From positions 8,557,764 to 8,621,763 of the forward strand of contig CM082590.2 of the NCBI GenBank assembly GCA_040954595.2: DNA of 64,000 nucleotides, in the 5' to 3' direction. This document shows, piece after piece, positions 48,501-61,400 of the stretch; the stretch's first letter is position 1; the number at the start of each line of letters is the position of its first letter. The stretch is from Balanoglossus misakiensis (Eukaryota; Animalia; Hemichordata). The notes under the pieces were generated by a model. The model saw nothing but the letters and a program-made list of their open reading frames with translations, was not told the DNA's origin and ran no database searches. The position numbers and the translations under genes are program-made.

Positions 48501-51500
48501 CCATGGTGGTGAAAGGGTTATATTTCTTCATCACTGACGACATCATAGTTCATGCAATAGTAGTAATCAGTGTTTCCATGGCGCCTATACGAGCAATAGT
48601 TTATATCAGTATTGTGGGTGACTAGTCCAGGTGGGTTCCATTGTATCTCTCTCGCGAGTCGCTCAGGGCATTCCTGTGAAGATAAAAAAATTGTTATTTT
48701 CAAAGCAGTCAAATAAAATCTCTTCTTGTGTCAGAGTAATAGCACATCAGAACTACCATAATTTCCTAATAATAAACATGTGTGGCACTCCTTTATTCAG
48801 CCGCGAATTGCAAGATCTTTAAAAATGCTCTGGTCTCAGTACTTGCATGTACGTGTACCTCTAAACATGGGATTAAAATCTATTGTTTTAAGGCCTGTGT
48901 TTCTTGACTATTTTTATAGAAATAAACAAAAGCCCCTTTGTTTGTGCTCAGAAATGTTAATAAGAAAATAAAGGAGAAATATAAAGTTCAGGTGCCCCCA
49001 TGCCCCTTTAACTTACTTCCATTAGATCGCATATCACTCTGTGAGAATCATGGCTGTAAAAATCCACAGTGCAATTCGTACAATCAACTGCCAATTCGCC
49101 GTCGATCTTTGTTCCCTGATAACGCAAAAAAAAAAAGAATGTGGCATTCTAATTTTGGTTGAGAGAAAAATATATGAGAGTGCGTGTGGTACTGGCTGAG
49201 CAATAAAATGAAAAATTAGGAAATCTTCAATTTTCATAAATATTTATTATCACCTTGACTACAGTGAAAGTGTTCACCGCCAAAGTGGTTTCCGATAGCT
49301 ATGATATTATCACTTATCCGCACACACGCACGCACACACACATGCACGCACACACACGCACGCACACACACACGCACGCACACACACATGCACGCACACA
49401 CACGCACGCACACACACACACACACCATCTCTACTATTCCCTTACCATATCACTTATCCCCCCCAATCTCTCCTATTCCCTTACCAAGTCCGAGTCATCC
49501 AATCGGTCGGCCACAACTGCAACAATTCTTGCGGTCTCAGTCTGTCCAATAAACGGACCGATAACCTGGTATATAGTGTAAGTTCTCTCTGCCGTTTCGT
49601 TTTCGAATCGTTCAGGCAACGCCTCAATTTCTTCTGAGCATTTAACATTGTGTGTAAGCAACACGTTCCATATGGAGTTGTCGTACTCACGGTACGAGTT
49701 TAGTGAGCATAACCATGGTTTCGACTGAAAGGGACGTTCTCTACTACCATAGACCAGTAGCAGAAGAGATGGCAAGATAGATATCATCAACTCCACACGT
49801 TGCCTGCAAAATAAAATCAGTAGTAAATTTAGGATGCACCTCAAAATCTCTGAACTTTTTCCTACGTCTTATATTGAGAATAAAACTTTGGGATCACTAT
49901 GCAAAATTGTCTCAAATTAGACAGGACAATTGTCCCAATAATATGAAATCATCTATACTCACATTTTGTTCATAGCTGTACTTCAAGACTTCTAGTTGGT
50001 CTGCACGATGAAAAACTGTTATCCTCCAAAAACGCGCGTTGTGTTTTTGACTGAAAGATGATTATAATTCGCGCATGCTTCGTGCAAGACAAATGATATA
50101 AATATCTCAAGACGAATATAACTAAGCCTGACGCATATAGAGCCCTGGTAAACCAGTTTATAAACATACATTTCTAACAATTTTACTGGTCTAAAATTAC
50201 CATCTTCTGATTATGATTCTTGGTGCATAGAAAATAACTGTTCCCTGCAGTAAAGTGTATCAGAATTTCGTTGGGAGAATACTACATGTTTTGAGTGTTT
50301 GACAGATCGTCAATCAAGTTTATAATATTCTTATAAGAAAAGGAATCATATAAGCAGTTTATAAACGGAAAGAGGATTCTTATATTTTTCTTACTAATTG
50401 CATACAAAATACTTATAAGAATCTTATAAGTTTCTTATAAGTTCCTTATAAGACATTTGTAAGTATATTTTGTACAGGGAACTTGCAACTGAGACTGTAC
50501 CTTGACCATTTGTATGTAATTCTTCATCTTCCATTGATGTGTAGTGGACATTTCTAAATGAAAGATAAAAAGAAGCAAGATGAGATTGAAGTTGCCAATG
50601 ACTTTTTATGTATACCATTATATTATTTTCTCATCATACCACACTATTGATCAGGGTTCTACCTACGCTGGCCCGACCAAAACTCAAATGAAACAATAAT
50701 TGTCTACATAATTGAGTCTATTTTCTCATTTTGATACATTGATGAATGGATATAAGGACTACGGAAAATCTCATCCAAAAACAAAAGTTGTGCTTACCCA
50801 GGAGTTATTCTAATCTCTTCATCCCTATCTTCACTTGCACTCAAAGTCTCTTCATCCACTGCACTCAAAGCTCTTAAAGTTTCATCAGCGATATTGCTGT
50901 AAAAATAATACACCCAATGTTTGGATCAGTACAATCATCAATGAGGTGTAATTGAAATATAGACGTACAGTCAAACCCCCGTTAGTGGTCATCCCTATAT
51001 CGTAGGTTTATATACACAGCGATTGTGCGTTTTCTCGGTGATTGTACGTTTACTCGGCGATTGTGCGTTTACACAGCGATCTCCTATGTCATATGTCATA
51101 GGCGATCGCCGTGGTAACGCACAACCCCCATGCGACTATGAGTGATACCTATGCATTTTGGAGTGCTTGGCACAGCTCTGTTCGGTGTATACGCTAACCG
51201 TAAACAACACAAATGGCCACATGGTTTCCTCACCTTATAGACTGGAGAGTAGCTGTGAGATCTCCGCTCGCGTCTTCACATGTCAGACTGTCTCTGTCAC
51301 CATGGTGATCATGTAGTTGGATATGGGGGAAACACTCACGACAGTTTTCCTTGTGTATAGCCAGCAAATGTTCAGCGAATTTCCCGTTCGACGCACTCGA
51401 ATACTGGACTGCCTTCGCTTCCTTCCACATTTCATGCGCATCGTATAAGTAGATTCTGGTTTTGTCCCTCCTTTTCACCCAAGCTGGTGTCTTTTCCCGA

Positions 51501-51529
51501 TCTCCAACACAGACTATGGTCGCCGCCAT
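45526..51529 (-). CDS. C2H2 zinc-finger protein ZF3 (6 fingers); proposed exons 51529-51234, 50896-50798, 50553-50501, 47736-47611, 47237-47061, 46589-45526
   Basis: The finger exon is unambiguous. Upstream exons have GT/AG ends, phases 2,2,1,1,1, and join with no stop. Exon 1 encodes [20 protein letters not shown]...KFAEHLL. Linking the first three exons to the rest is inferred. Confidence 0.72.
49319..49424. repeat. Imperfect (CA/CG)n microsatellite
   Basis: Direct reading of the sequence. Confidence 0.92.
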
Positions 51530-52717
51530 GACGTGTATGTTAATTAATTGTCAGGACAGTGCATTGCATTATGGGATTGACCGTTTACAACCTGTGTAAC
51601 CATAGGCTACAGTTTGTAACATGCGTCTATGATGATCGCCACCCTTTAACAAATTTATTTACCTCCATTGCATGATTCCATATACATGTAATTATAAACA
51701 TTGTAAATAAACACATGCTATCGGTATAAGATTTCAAATTCGGCAGCCAATATAATTTCTGCATATGACGTGTGTGTAACCTTCTGGGCCAAGGTTATGT
51801 ACAGCCAGCAAAATAATGCTATGTTGATGGCCGCTAGTCGAATTTGTGTCGTCTATTTAATAGTGTGAATGCATTCGAACAGTTTATAGCGAATTCTGAC
51901 CCTAGAAGCGTTCGTGTCAGACCAAGGCTGCAGTAAAACGAAAGAATCGAGTCAATATGGTGGCTGGTGGCGCTCTGTTCTATGTATGATTTCAATCTGA
52001 AACTGATCAGACCACAGAGAACTTGTTGTTGTTGTTGTTGATGTAAATAAGCATTCTTTAAAAAAACAATGTCATTCCTTGCTGTTGTTTGTCCAAACCC
52101 ATTGTTTTCTAGGGTAACGTTGGACATCTAAAGAGGGAACTGGGGGTGAAAGGGTTAAAAGATAACACTTGAGACTCATAGAACATACATGATGTATATT
52201 TATTATCTGTTTATTAACATCACATAATAACAAAACAGTTACTTGTATTTTTACACAAATTAATAACAAAGAGATAAAATATGCCTAGAAGGACATTGTA
52301 AATGATGTGTCTTTGTATGTAAAGTTACTAGTATATAACTCAGATATGAGTTGATTTATATATCACTACATATCTTGACTCTGCATTTGCGCCTCTGTGA
52401 GATGTCAAAACAAATAGATCAAAGGGGGACATTTTTCTTCAATTGGTCTGTGTTCCTCTACCAGGGTCATTTCTGGTAAACCCTTTACCATGGTATTCAA
52501 ACAGTATATACAGATGGTGTTTTATATAGCTACAAAGCTGTGTCTCTACTAGAGTCCATCTGTGGTAAACGCTGCCCCAAGTCATCTGAACTCATTGTTC
52601 CTTCGTTTAGATGAAAGGGTACACTTTATTTTGAATTAGTCGGTGTCCCTTTCTCAGAGTAATTCCTAGTGCAATGTTACCATGGTACTCAGTATATACA
52701 GGTTGAGTTTTATATGG

Positions 52718-53763
52718 TTATGAAGCTGTGTCTCTACTATATTCCATTTGTGGTAAATGCTGCATTAAGTCCCCTGAACCCATTGTTCCTTCGTCTAAGT
52801 GAACCGTGTAGTGTCGTTTCAGACTACTGCTTCGCGTGTAAGTTTTTCCACACTCTGAACACTCATAAGGGCGTTCCTTTGTGTGCATTGTCTGGTGCTG
52901 CTTCAAGTTGCCGCTCCGGGTGAAGATTTTCCCGCACACTTGGCACCCGTAGAGATCTTGGATCATGTGACGTTGGATGTGTCTTTGCAGACTCTCGCTG
53001 GTGGTGAACATAGTATTGCACTCGTTGCATTCGTGGAGGCTCTCCTGTATGTGGTTTCGCAGGTGCGCTTGGAGGTTGCTGCTCTGGGCGAAGCGCTTGC
53101 CGCACTGCGGGCACGGGTAGGGACGCTCGTTGGAGTGGCGTCGCAGGTGGATCTTCAGCGTCCCGTTCTGCGCGAACGTCTTCCCGCATTCGGGGCACGC
53201 GTACGGTCGTTCGTCTGTGTGGATCCGCGCGTGCGTCCGGAGGTAGTCGTTGCGCGCGAAGACCTTGCCGCACTCTTTGCATTCGTGCTTGGTTTCGCCG
53301 GAGTGGATTCGCAGCTGTCTTGTCACGTTCGCGAAGAATACTTTATCGCAATCCGTACATCCATTAGATCCGTGATTTAACAGGCAGACCTCTGTGTGGC
53401 TGTCCATGTTCTGTGATTTCTCAAACTCTTTGCACACACTAGTATAATTGTTTTCCATTGAAGATGACTCTAGATTCATATTAAGACTGTCATTACTCGT
53501 AAGCAATCTGTTGCTATCACTACACACATACTGGCTTTCAGATGATTGGCGTCCATGTTGGTCGTGCATAATCCCTGTTGAATTGTTATCATGACAGGCA
53601 ACGTCATCCTGATCAAAATGTTCCATGTGTATTTTTCTCTCCAGTATTTCGTTGTCGTCTGTCGGTCGTCTGGTCTTTGTTTCTTCCATCCCGTCTTCGA
53701 TGCTTGATTCCGTTGGCTTCGTTGATTTACGACCACTTACTTCATGGCTGTTGATTTCAGTGC
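52718..53763 (-). CDS. C2H2 zinc-finger protein ZF4 terminal exon (6 intact fingers plus degenerate ones)
   Basis: Acceptor AG at 53765-53764, in frame with ATG at 53689. Canonical HTDERPY/HSNERPY/HTKERPY linkers. Upstream exon structure is uncertain. Confidence 0.85.
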
Positions 53764-54015
53764 CTGTTTCGGAGAAAAAGAAACAAACTTGTTAGTGAGT
53801 TTGTCAGTTAAACTTTCAGTCTTTTGAAACAAACTAAAATGTAGACACTGTTACCATGACAATTCAAATATAGTCATCACATATTTTCTGTGGGTGACAC
53901 ACGCAAAAAAAGTGTGCAATGTCATGTTCATTCAAACATGTAGACATGGCCTTTAGAACACATAGGTATGGAAAGTAGAGATGACTTTATTCTATCATAC
54001 TTCAATCAGTCTTGG

Positions 54016-54306
54016 TCAAGTTTGTGTTTGTTGATTATTTTGTTTTGTCTGTTTATGTTTGTTTGATTGCTGATGACCTTGTCCTTGTGTTATCAACAAT
54101 GCATTGTTACCTTGATGAGAATTCACAGGGTTGTTTCGATAGAACTGTTTGATAAGAAACTTTCTCTCTGGCTGAATTTCGATTTTGTCTGTCGGACACC
54201 TTGTCTTCGTCTCCTCTGGGTTTCTTAATCCTTCTTGGTGAGATTCTATTTGCTTCATCATGTTCATTGATGTGATCAGGTTGTGCGGAGTTGATGATTT
54301 GAGTAT
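54016..54306 (-). pseudogene. Frameshifted duplicate of the 5' part of the ZF4 finger exon
   Basis: Acceptor plus DTQIINS..., then EETKTRCPTDKIEIQPERK in another frame, versus EETKTRRPTDDNEILERK in ZF4. Confidence 0.65.
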
Positions 54307-54588
54307 CTGTTTGGAGAATACAAAAACGACATTTGGGTCAAGTTCCCAGTATCAGGAGAAGTTATTTCTCAAAATATATTTTCGGTTTTCATCATCTACT
54401 TCAATGTCAGTTGTAGACACTGTATCAGTATGGAAATGCAAAATAGTACACCGTTATATTATAACATCTCCAGCACAGTGCAAAACCACATTTGACTCCG
54501 GACCTTACACACACATTTCCTGCGTGGTATTAACTTTGTATAAATGACGTTGCCGTAGCTCACGACATCGTTGGTACAACATACTCAC

Positions 54589-54960
54589 TCGATCAGTGCT
54601 ACAGTCCAAAGATCATCATATCAACACCGCCATCTTGGAACTTTTTCGTCACTTGCGGTTAGCCTATGATTAGATTCCGTTTCGGATCCTCCATATAATT
54701 GCATGGCTGGCTAGCTACCCATTCTTATTCGGATTCAATTTCGTACTATACTGGTACAGCTTTCTCGTGTGACGTACTGTGTCAAAACTAAGGCTAAATT
54801 AGGTAGTATTTTATCCGAGATAGTCCTGCGTACAGGTCTGCGTGCTCTAGGCGTTACACGGCCTCCAATTCGCATGCTTGATTGATTTGTTTTCAATGGT
54901 GACCTGAAGTTGACCCCTGTTGACCTCATGTGATGACATTAATTCAAAATGGCGGCGCCC
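54589..54960. promoter_or_regulatory. Probable divergent promoter region
   Basis: YY1-type AAGATGGCGG on the minus strand (54636-54627) followed by a GTGAGT donor at 54588; AAAATGGCGG on the plus strand (54946-54955); locally CpG-rich. Confidence 0.5.
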
Positions 54961-55024
54961 ATCCACCTCGTGGTTGTATTGGGTTGTGGTCTGGTGTTAA
55001 CGGTCAGGGAATTGCGCGAAACTG

Positions 55025-55081
55025 CCTAACCCTAGCCCTAACGCTAAACTAACACTAACCCTAACACTAACCAAACCCCTA
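55025..55081. repeat. Degenerate telomere-like (CCCTAA)n tract
   Basis: CCTAACCCTAGCCCTAACGCTAAACTAACACTAACCCTAACACTAACCAAACCCCTA. Confidence 0.7.
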
Positions 55082-55479
55082 GCCGTTAACATGAGACCGT
55101 AACCGGACCGTTTAACTGTGTATGGTCGCTGGCGTTTATGTATCCAAATTTCCCACGTGTCCCGTGGATTCTTGTACTTGTTTCATTGGTGGCTGTCGTG
55201 ACTGTGGAATTAAGAATCCTGGAAAACCCGTGAACGTTCAATTAAGGAAAAGTAAGTTGGCGCATCATACGATAATTGTAACTAGCTTTTACACATCACA
55301 AGTATCGTTCGTAATAGCGTATACTGCCCTGATGAAAAAAGGGGAGGGGCGTTTTCAGCAACCCGGAAGTACTGTGGAGGAGGGGGGGGGGGGGGGTATT
55401 GATAAACAAGGATTAAAATATTCATTTTAAAGGAAACAGAACACACAATTCTTACATAAATAGAAGAAGAGTTATTTCT

Positions 55480-58400
55480 ACTATTGTATTGTGAATTTAA
55501 ACATTTTCTAACCAGCCTTTTGCCATGTTTCTGTCTGCTTTGTTTCAGGAAGAACTCAATAGTCACTCCATTTTTTATAATTATATATTTATTATATTGT
55601 GTCAAGTTTGAATGAGCAGTCTGTGTGTGTCTGTATGTGATTAATGAGTTTTGTAGAAAATGGGAGTCTACTGTGTATGTAGTTTGGCGCCTATCAAATA
55701 ATTTTTTATTCTAATCATTTTGTGTGTTTTTATTTGCAGGATGTAAGTGATATCACTTTTAAACCTAGGTTTCCATGGAGACAATTGACCTGCTCGGTAG
55801 TTCTGTAAGTCAGAAACCATGGATACGGACCATGAATGGAAAAGGTGAGAACAGTTGACTTCATTGACTTCTCAGTTTCCTTACTCTCATGCAACTGATA
55901 ACAGCATTGATAGACAAAGATGAGGTTACTGATTTTACTGAAAGGAGATCAACTAATTCTTGCAGAAGACATTGCGTATGGAAACGAAACATGTTCAAGA
56001 GAATTTACCACAGTGCATTACTTTTCATCGAGACTGGTTTCTAACCTGGCTTTTTGCCTTTATTTGATTCTGCTTTGTTTCAGGATGACCATACTAGTCA
56101 CTTCTATTTTTTATACTATTTTAAAATATTTGTCTATTTTGTGTTTGGCTTGAATTAACAGAGTGTGTGTTGTTTGTTTATGTCTGTATGGGATTGTGAG
56201 CTTTCCAGAAAATGGGAGTGTACTGTGGATGTAGTTCGAAGCCAAACACAGGCTGTAATAACTTATGATTCTCACAGTTTTGTTTGTTTTTATTAACAGG
56301 ATGAAAATGATATCACCTTGGTAACCTATGTTTTCAAGGTTTGGATTGATATGCTCGGAATAGCAGTCAGAAACCATGGATACGGTCCATGGATGGAAAA
56401 GGTGAGAACAGTTGACTTCATTGACTTATCAGTTTCCTTACTCTCATGCAACTGATAACAGCATTGATCATAAAGATGAGGTTACTGATTTTACTGAAAG
56501 GAGATCAACTAATTCTTGCATAAGACATTGTGTATGGAAACGAAACATGTTCAAGAGAATTTACCATAGTGCATTACTTTTCATCGAGACTGGTTTCTAA
56601 CCTGGCTTTTTGCCTTTATTTGATTCTGCTTTGTTTCAGGATGACCATACTAGTGACTTCTATTTTTTATACTATTTTGAAAATATTTGTCTATTTTGTG
56701 TTTGGCTTCAATTAACAGAGTGTGTGTTGTTCGTTTATGTCTGTATGGGATTGTGAGCTTTCTAGAAAATGGGAGTGTACTGTGGATGTAGTTCGAAGCC
56801 AAACACAGGCTGTGATAACTTATGATTCTCACAGTTTTGTTTGTTTTTATTAACAGGATGAAAATGATATCACCTTGGTAACCTAGATTTGGATTGACAT
56901 GCTCCAAACACTTAGTCAGAAACCATGGATACACGGACCATGAATGGAAAAGGTGAGAACAGTTGACTTCATTGACTTCTCAGTTTCCTTACTCTCATGC
57001 AACTGATAACAGCATTGATCATAAAGATGAGGTTACTGATTTTACTGAAAGGAGATCAACTAATTCTTGCATAAGACATTGCGTATGGAAACGAAACATG
57101 TTCAAGAGAATTTACCATAGTGCATTACTTTTCATTGAGACTGGTTTCTTCTAACCTGGCTTTTTGCCTTTATTTGATTCTGCTTTGTTTCAGGATGACC
57201 ATACTAGTCACTTCTATTTTTTATACTATTTTGAAAATATTTGTCTATTTTGTGTTTGGCTTCAATTAACAGAGTGTGTGTTGTTTGTTTATGTCTGTAT
57301 GGGATTGTGAGCTTTCTAGAAAATGGGAGTGTACTATGGATGTAGTTCGAAGCCGAACACAGGCTGTAATAACTTATGATTCTCACAGTTTTGTTTGTTT
57401 TTATTAACAGGATGATAATGATATCACCTTGGTAACCTAGATTTGGATTGACATGCTCCAAACACTTAGTCAGAAACCATGGATACACGGACCATGAATG
57501 GAAAAGGTGAGAACAGTTGACTTCATTGACTTCTCAGTTTCCTTACTCTCATGCAACTGATAACAGTATTAATCATAAAGATGAGGTTACTGATTTTACT
57601 GAAAGGAGATCAACTAATTCTTGCATAAGACATTGCATATGGAAACGAGACATGTTCAAGAGAATTTACCATAGTGCATTACTTTTCATCGAGACTGGTT
57701 TCTAACCTGGCGTTTTTGCCATTATTTGATTCTGCTTTGTTTCAGGATGACCATACTAGTCACTTCTATTTTTTATACTATTTTAAAATATTTGTCTATT
57801 TTGTGTTTGGCTTCAATTAACAGAGTGTGTGTTGTTTGTTTATGTCTGTATGGGATTTTGAGCTTTCTAGAAAATGGGAGTGTACTATGGATGTAGTTCG
57901 AAGCCAAACACAGGCTGTAATAACTTATGGTTCTCACAGTTTTGTTTGTTTTTATTAACAGGATGATAATGATATCACCTTGGTAACCTAGATTTGGATT
58001 GACATGCTCCAAACACTTAGTCAGAAACCATGGATACACGGACCATGAATGGAAAAGGTGAGAACAGTTGACTTCATTGACTTCTAAGTTTCCTTACTCT
58101 CATGCAACTGATAACAGCATTGATAGACAAAGATGAGATTACAGATTTTACTGAAAGGAGATCAACTAATTCTTGCATTATACATTGCTTATGGAAACGA
58201 AACATGTTCAAGAGAATTTACCATAGTACATTAACTTTCATTGAGACTGGTTTCTAACCTGGCTTTTTGCCTTTATTTGATTCTGTCTGCTTTGTTTCAG
58301 GATGAACACACTAGTCACTTCTATTTTTTATACTATTTTGAAAATATTTGTCTATTTTGTGTTTGGCTTCAATTAACAGAGTGTGTGTTGTTTGTTTATG

Positions 58401-61400
58401 TCTGTATGGGATTGTGAGCTTTCTCGAAATTGAGAGTGTACTGTGGATGTAGCTCGAAGCCAAACACAGGCTGTGATAACTTATGATTCTCACAGTTTGT
58501 TTGTTTTTATTAACAGGATGATAATGATATCACCTTGGTAACCTAGATTTGGATTGACATGCTCCAAACACTTAGTCAGAAACCATGGATACACGGACCA
58601 TGAATGGAAAAGGTGAGAACAGTTGACTTCATTGACTTCTCAGTTTCCTTACTCTCATGCAACTGATAACATCATTGATAGACAAAGATGAGGTTACTGA
58701 TTTACCATAGTGCATTACTTTTCATCGAGACTGGTTTCTAACCTGGCTTTTTGCCTTTATTTGATTCTGCTTTGTTTCAGGATGACCATACTAGTCACTT
58801 CTATTTTTTATAATATTTTAAAATATTTGTCTATTTTGTGTTTGGCTTCAATTAACAGAGTGTGTGTTGTTTGTTTATGTCTGTATGGGATTGTGAGCTT
58901 TCTAGAAAATGGGAGTGTACTATGGATGTAGTTCGAAGCCAAACACAGGCTGTAATAACTTATGATTCTCACAGTTTTGTTTGTTTTTATTAACAGGATG
59001 ATAATGATATTTCCTTGGTAACCTAGGTTTTCAAAGTTTGGATTGATATGCTCGAAACAGCAGTCAGAAACCATGGATACGGACCATGAATGGAAAAGGT
59101 GAGAACAGTTTACTTCATTGACTTCTCAGTTTCCTTACTCTCATGCAACTGATAACAGCATTGATAGACAAAGATGAGGTTACTGATTTTACTGAAAGGA
59201 GATCAACTAATTCTTGCATTAGACATTGCGTATGGAAACGAAACATATTCAAGAGAATTTACCATAGTACATTACCTTTCACCGAGACTGGTTTCTAACC
59301 TGGCTTTTTGCCTTTAATTGATTCTGCTTTGTTTCAGGATGAACACACTAGTCACTTCTATTTTTTATACTATTTTGAAAATATTTGTCTATTTTGTGTT
59401 TGGCTTCAATTAACAGAGTGTGTGTTGTTTGTTTATGTCTGTATGGGATTGTGAGCTTTCTAGAAAATGGGAGTGTACTGTGGATGTAGTTCGAAGCCAA
59501 ACACAGGCTGTGATAACTTATGATTCTCACAGTTTTGTTTGTTTTTATTAACAGGATGATAATGATATCACCTTGGTAACCTAGATTTGGATTGACATGC
59601 TCCAAACACTTAGTCAGAAACCATGGATACACGGACCATGACTTGAAAAGGTGAGAACAGTTGACTTCATTGACTTCTCAGTTTCCTTACTCTCATGCAA
59701 CTGATAACATCATTGATAGACAAAGATGAGGTTACTGATTTTACTGAAAGGAGATCAACTAATTCTTGCATAAGACATTGCGTATGGAAACGAAACATGT
59801 TCAAGAGAATTTAGCATTGTGCATTACTTTTCATCGAGACTGGTTTCTAACCTGGCTTTTTGCCTTTATTTGATTCTGCTTTGTTTCAGGATGACCATAC
59901 TAGTCACTTCTATTTTTTATACTATTTTGAAAATATTTGTCTATTTTGTGTTTGGCTTCAATTAACAGAGTGTGTGTTGTTTGTTTATGTCTGTATGGGA
60001 TTGTGAGCTTTCTCGAAAATGAGAGTGTACAGTACTGTGGATGTAGTTCGAAGCCAAACACAGGCTGTAATAACTTATGATTCTCACAGTTTTGTTTGTT
60101 TTTATTAACAGGATGAAAATGATATCACCTTGGTAACCTATGTTTTCAAGGTTTGGATTGATATGCTCGAAAGTGCAGTCAGAAACCATGGATACGGACC
60201 ATGAATGGAAAAGGTGAGAACAGTTGACTTCATTGACTTCTCAGTTTCCTTACTCTCATGCAACTGATAACATCATTGATAGACAAAGATGAGGTTACTG
60301 ATTTTACTGAAAGGAGATCAACTAATTCTTGCATAAGACAGAATTTACCATAGTGCATTACTTTTCATCTAGACTGGTTTCTAACCTGGCTTTTTGCCTT
60401 TATTTGATTCTGCTTTGTTTCAGGATGACCATACTAGTCACTTCTATTTTTTATACTATTTTAAAATATTTGTCTATTTTGTGTTTGGCTTCAATTAACA
60501 GAGTGTGTGTTGTTTTTTTATGTCTGTATGGGATTGTGAGCTTTCTAGAAAATGGGAGTGTACTGTAGATGTAGTTCGAAGCCAAACACAGGCTGTAATA
60601 ACTTATGATTCTCACAGTTTTGTTTGTTTTTATTAACAGGATGATAATGATATTTCCTTGGTAACCTAGGTTTTCAAGGTTTGGATTGATATGCTCGAAA
60701 CAGCAGTCAGAAACCATGGATATGGATCATGAATTGAAAAGGTGAGAACAGTTGACTTCATTGACTCATTAATTTCCTTACTCTCATGCAACTGATAACA
60801 GCATTGATCAAAAAGATGAGATTACTAATTTTACTGAAAGGAGATCAACTAATTCTTGCATAAGACATTGCGTATGGAAACGAAACATGTTCAAGAGAAT
60901 TTACCATAGTGCATTACTTTTCATCGAGACTGGTTTCTAACCTGGCTTTTTGCCTTTATTTGATTCTGCTTTGTTTCAGGATGACCATACTAGTCACTTC
61001 TATTTTTTATACTTCTTTATAAATATATTTAGATATGTGTCTATTTTGTGTTTGGCTTCAATTAACAGAGTGTGTGTTGTTTGTTTATGTCTGTATGGGA
61101 TTGTGAGCTTTCTAGAAAATGGGAGTGTACTATGGATGTAGTTCGAAGCCAAACACAGGCTGTAATAACTTATGGTTCTCACAGTTTTGTTTGTTTTTAT
61201 TAACAGGATGATAATGATATCACCTTGGTAACCTAGATTTGGATTGACATGCTCCAAACACTTAGTCAGAAACCATGGATACACGGACCATGAATGGAAA
61301 AGGTGAGAACAGTTGACTTCATTGACTTCTCAGTTTCCTTACTCTCATGCAACTGATAACATTATTGATAGACAAAGATGAGGTTACTGATTTTACTGAA

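Noticed and set aside
48270-49010. Possible Kolobok-type element (TTAA-AGGGGCA ... TGCCCCT-TTAA)
   Set aside because: The inverted match is only about 11 bp including TTAA; plausible but not supportable without other copies.
50243-50480. CTTATAAG palindrome cluster between CCCTG and CAGGG
   Set aside because: Probably a decayed non-autonomous DNA transposon; termini too short to call.
34523-53380. Antisense and alternative-frame ORFs over the TRIM and ZF exons (e.g. 44045-44707, 45590-46266, 52883-53380)
   Set aside because: Shadows of the real coding strand with no independent features.
54949-55029. 26-codon hydrophobic ORF MAAPIHLVVVLGCGLVLT... as a signal-peptide exon
   Set aside because: The ATGGCGGC is explained by a YY1-type motif, the GTCAGG donor is weak, and no convincing downstream coding exons were found.
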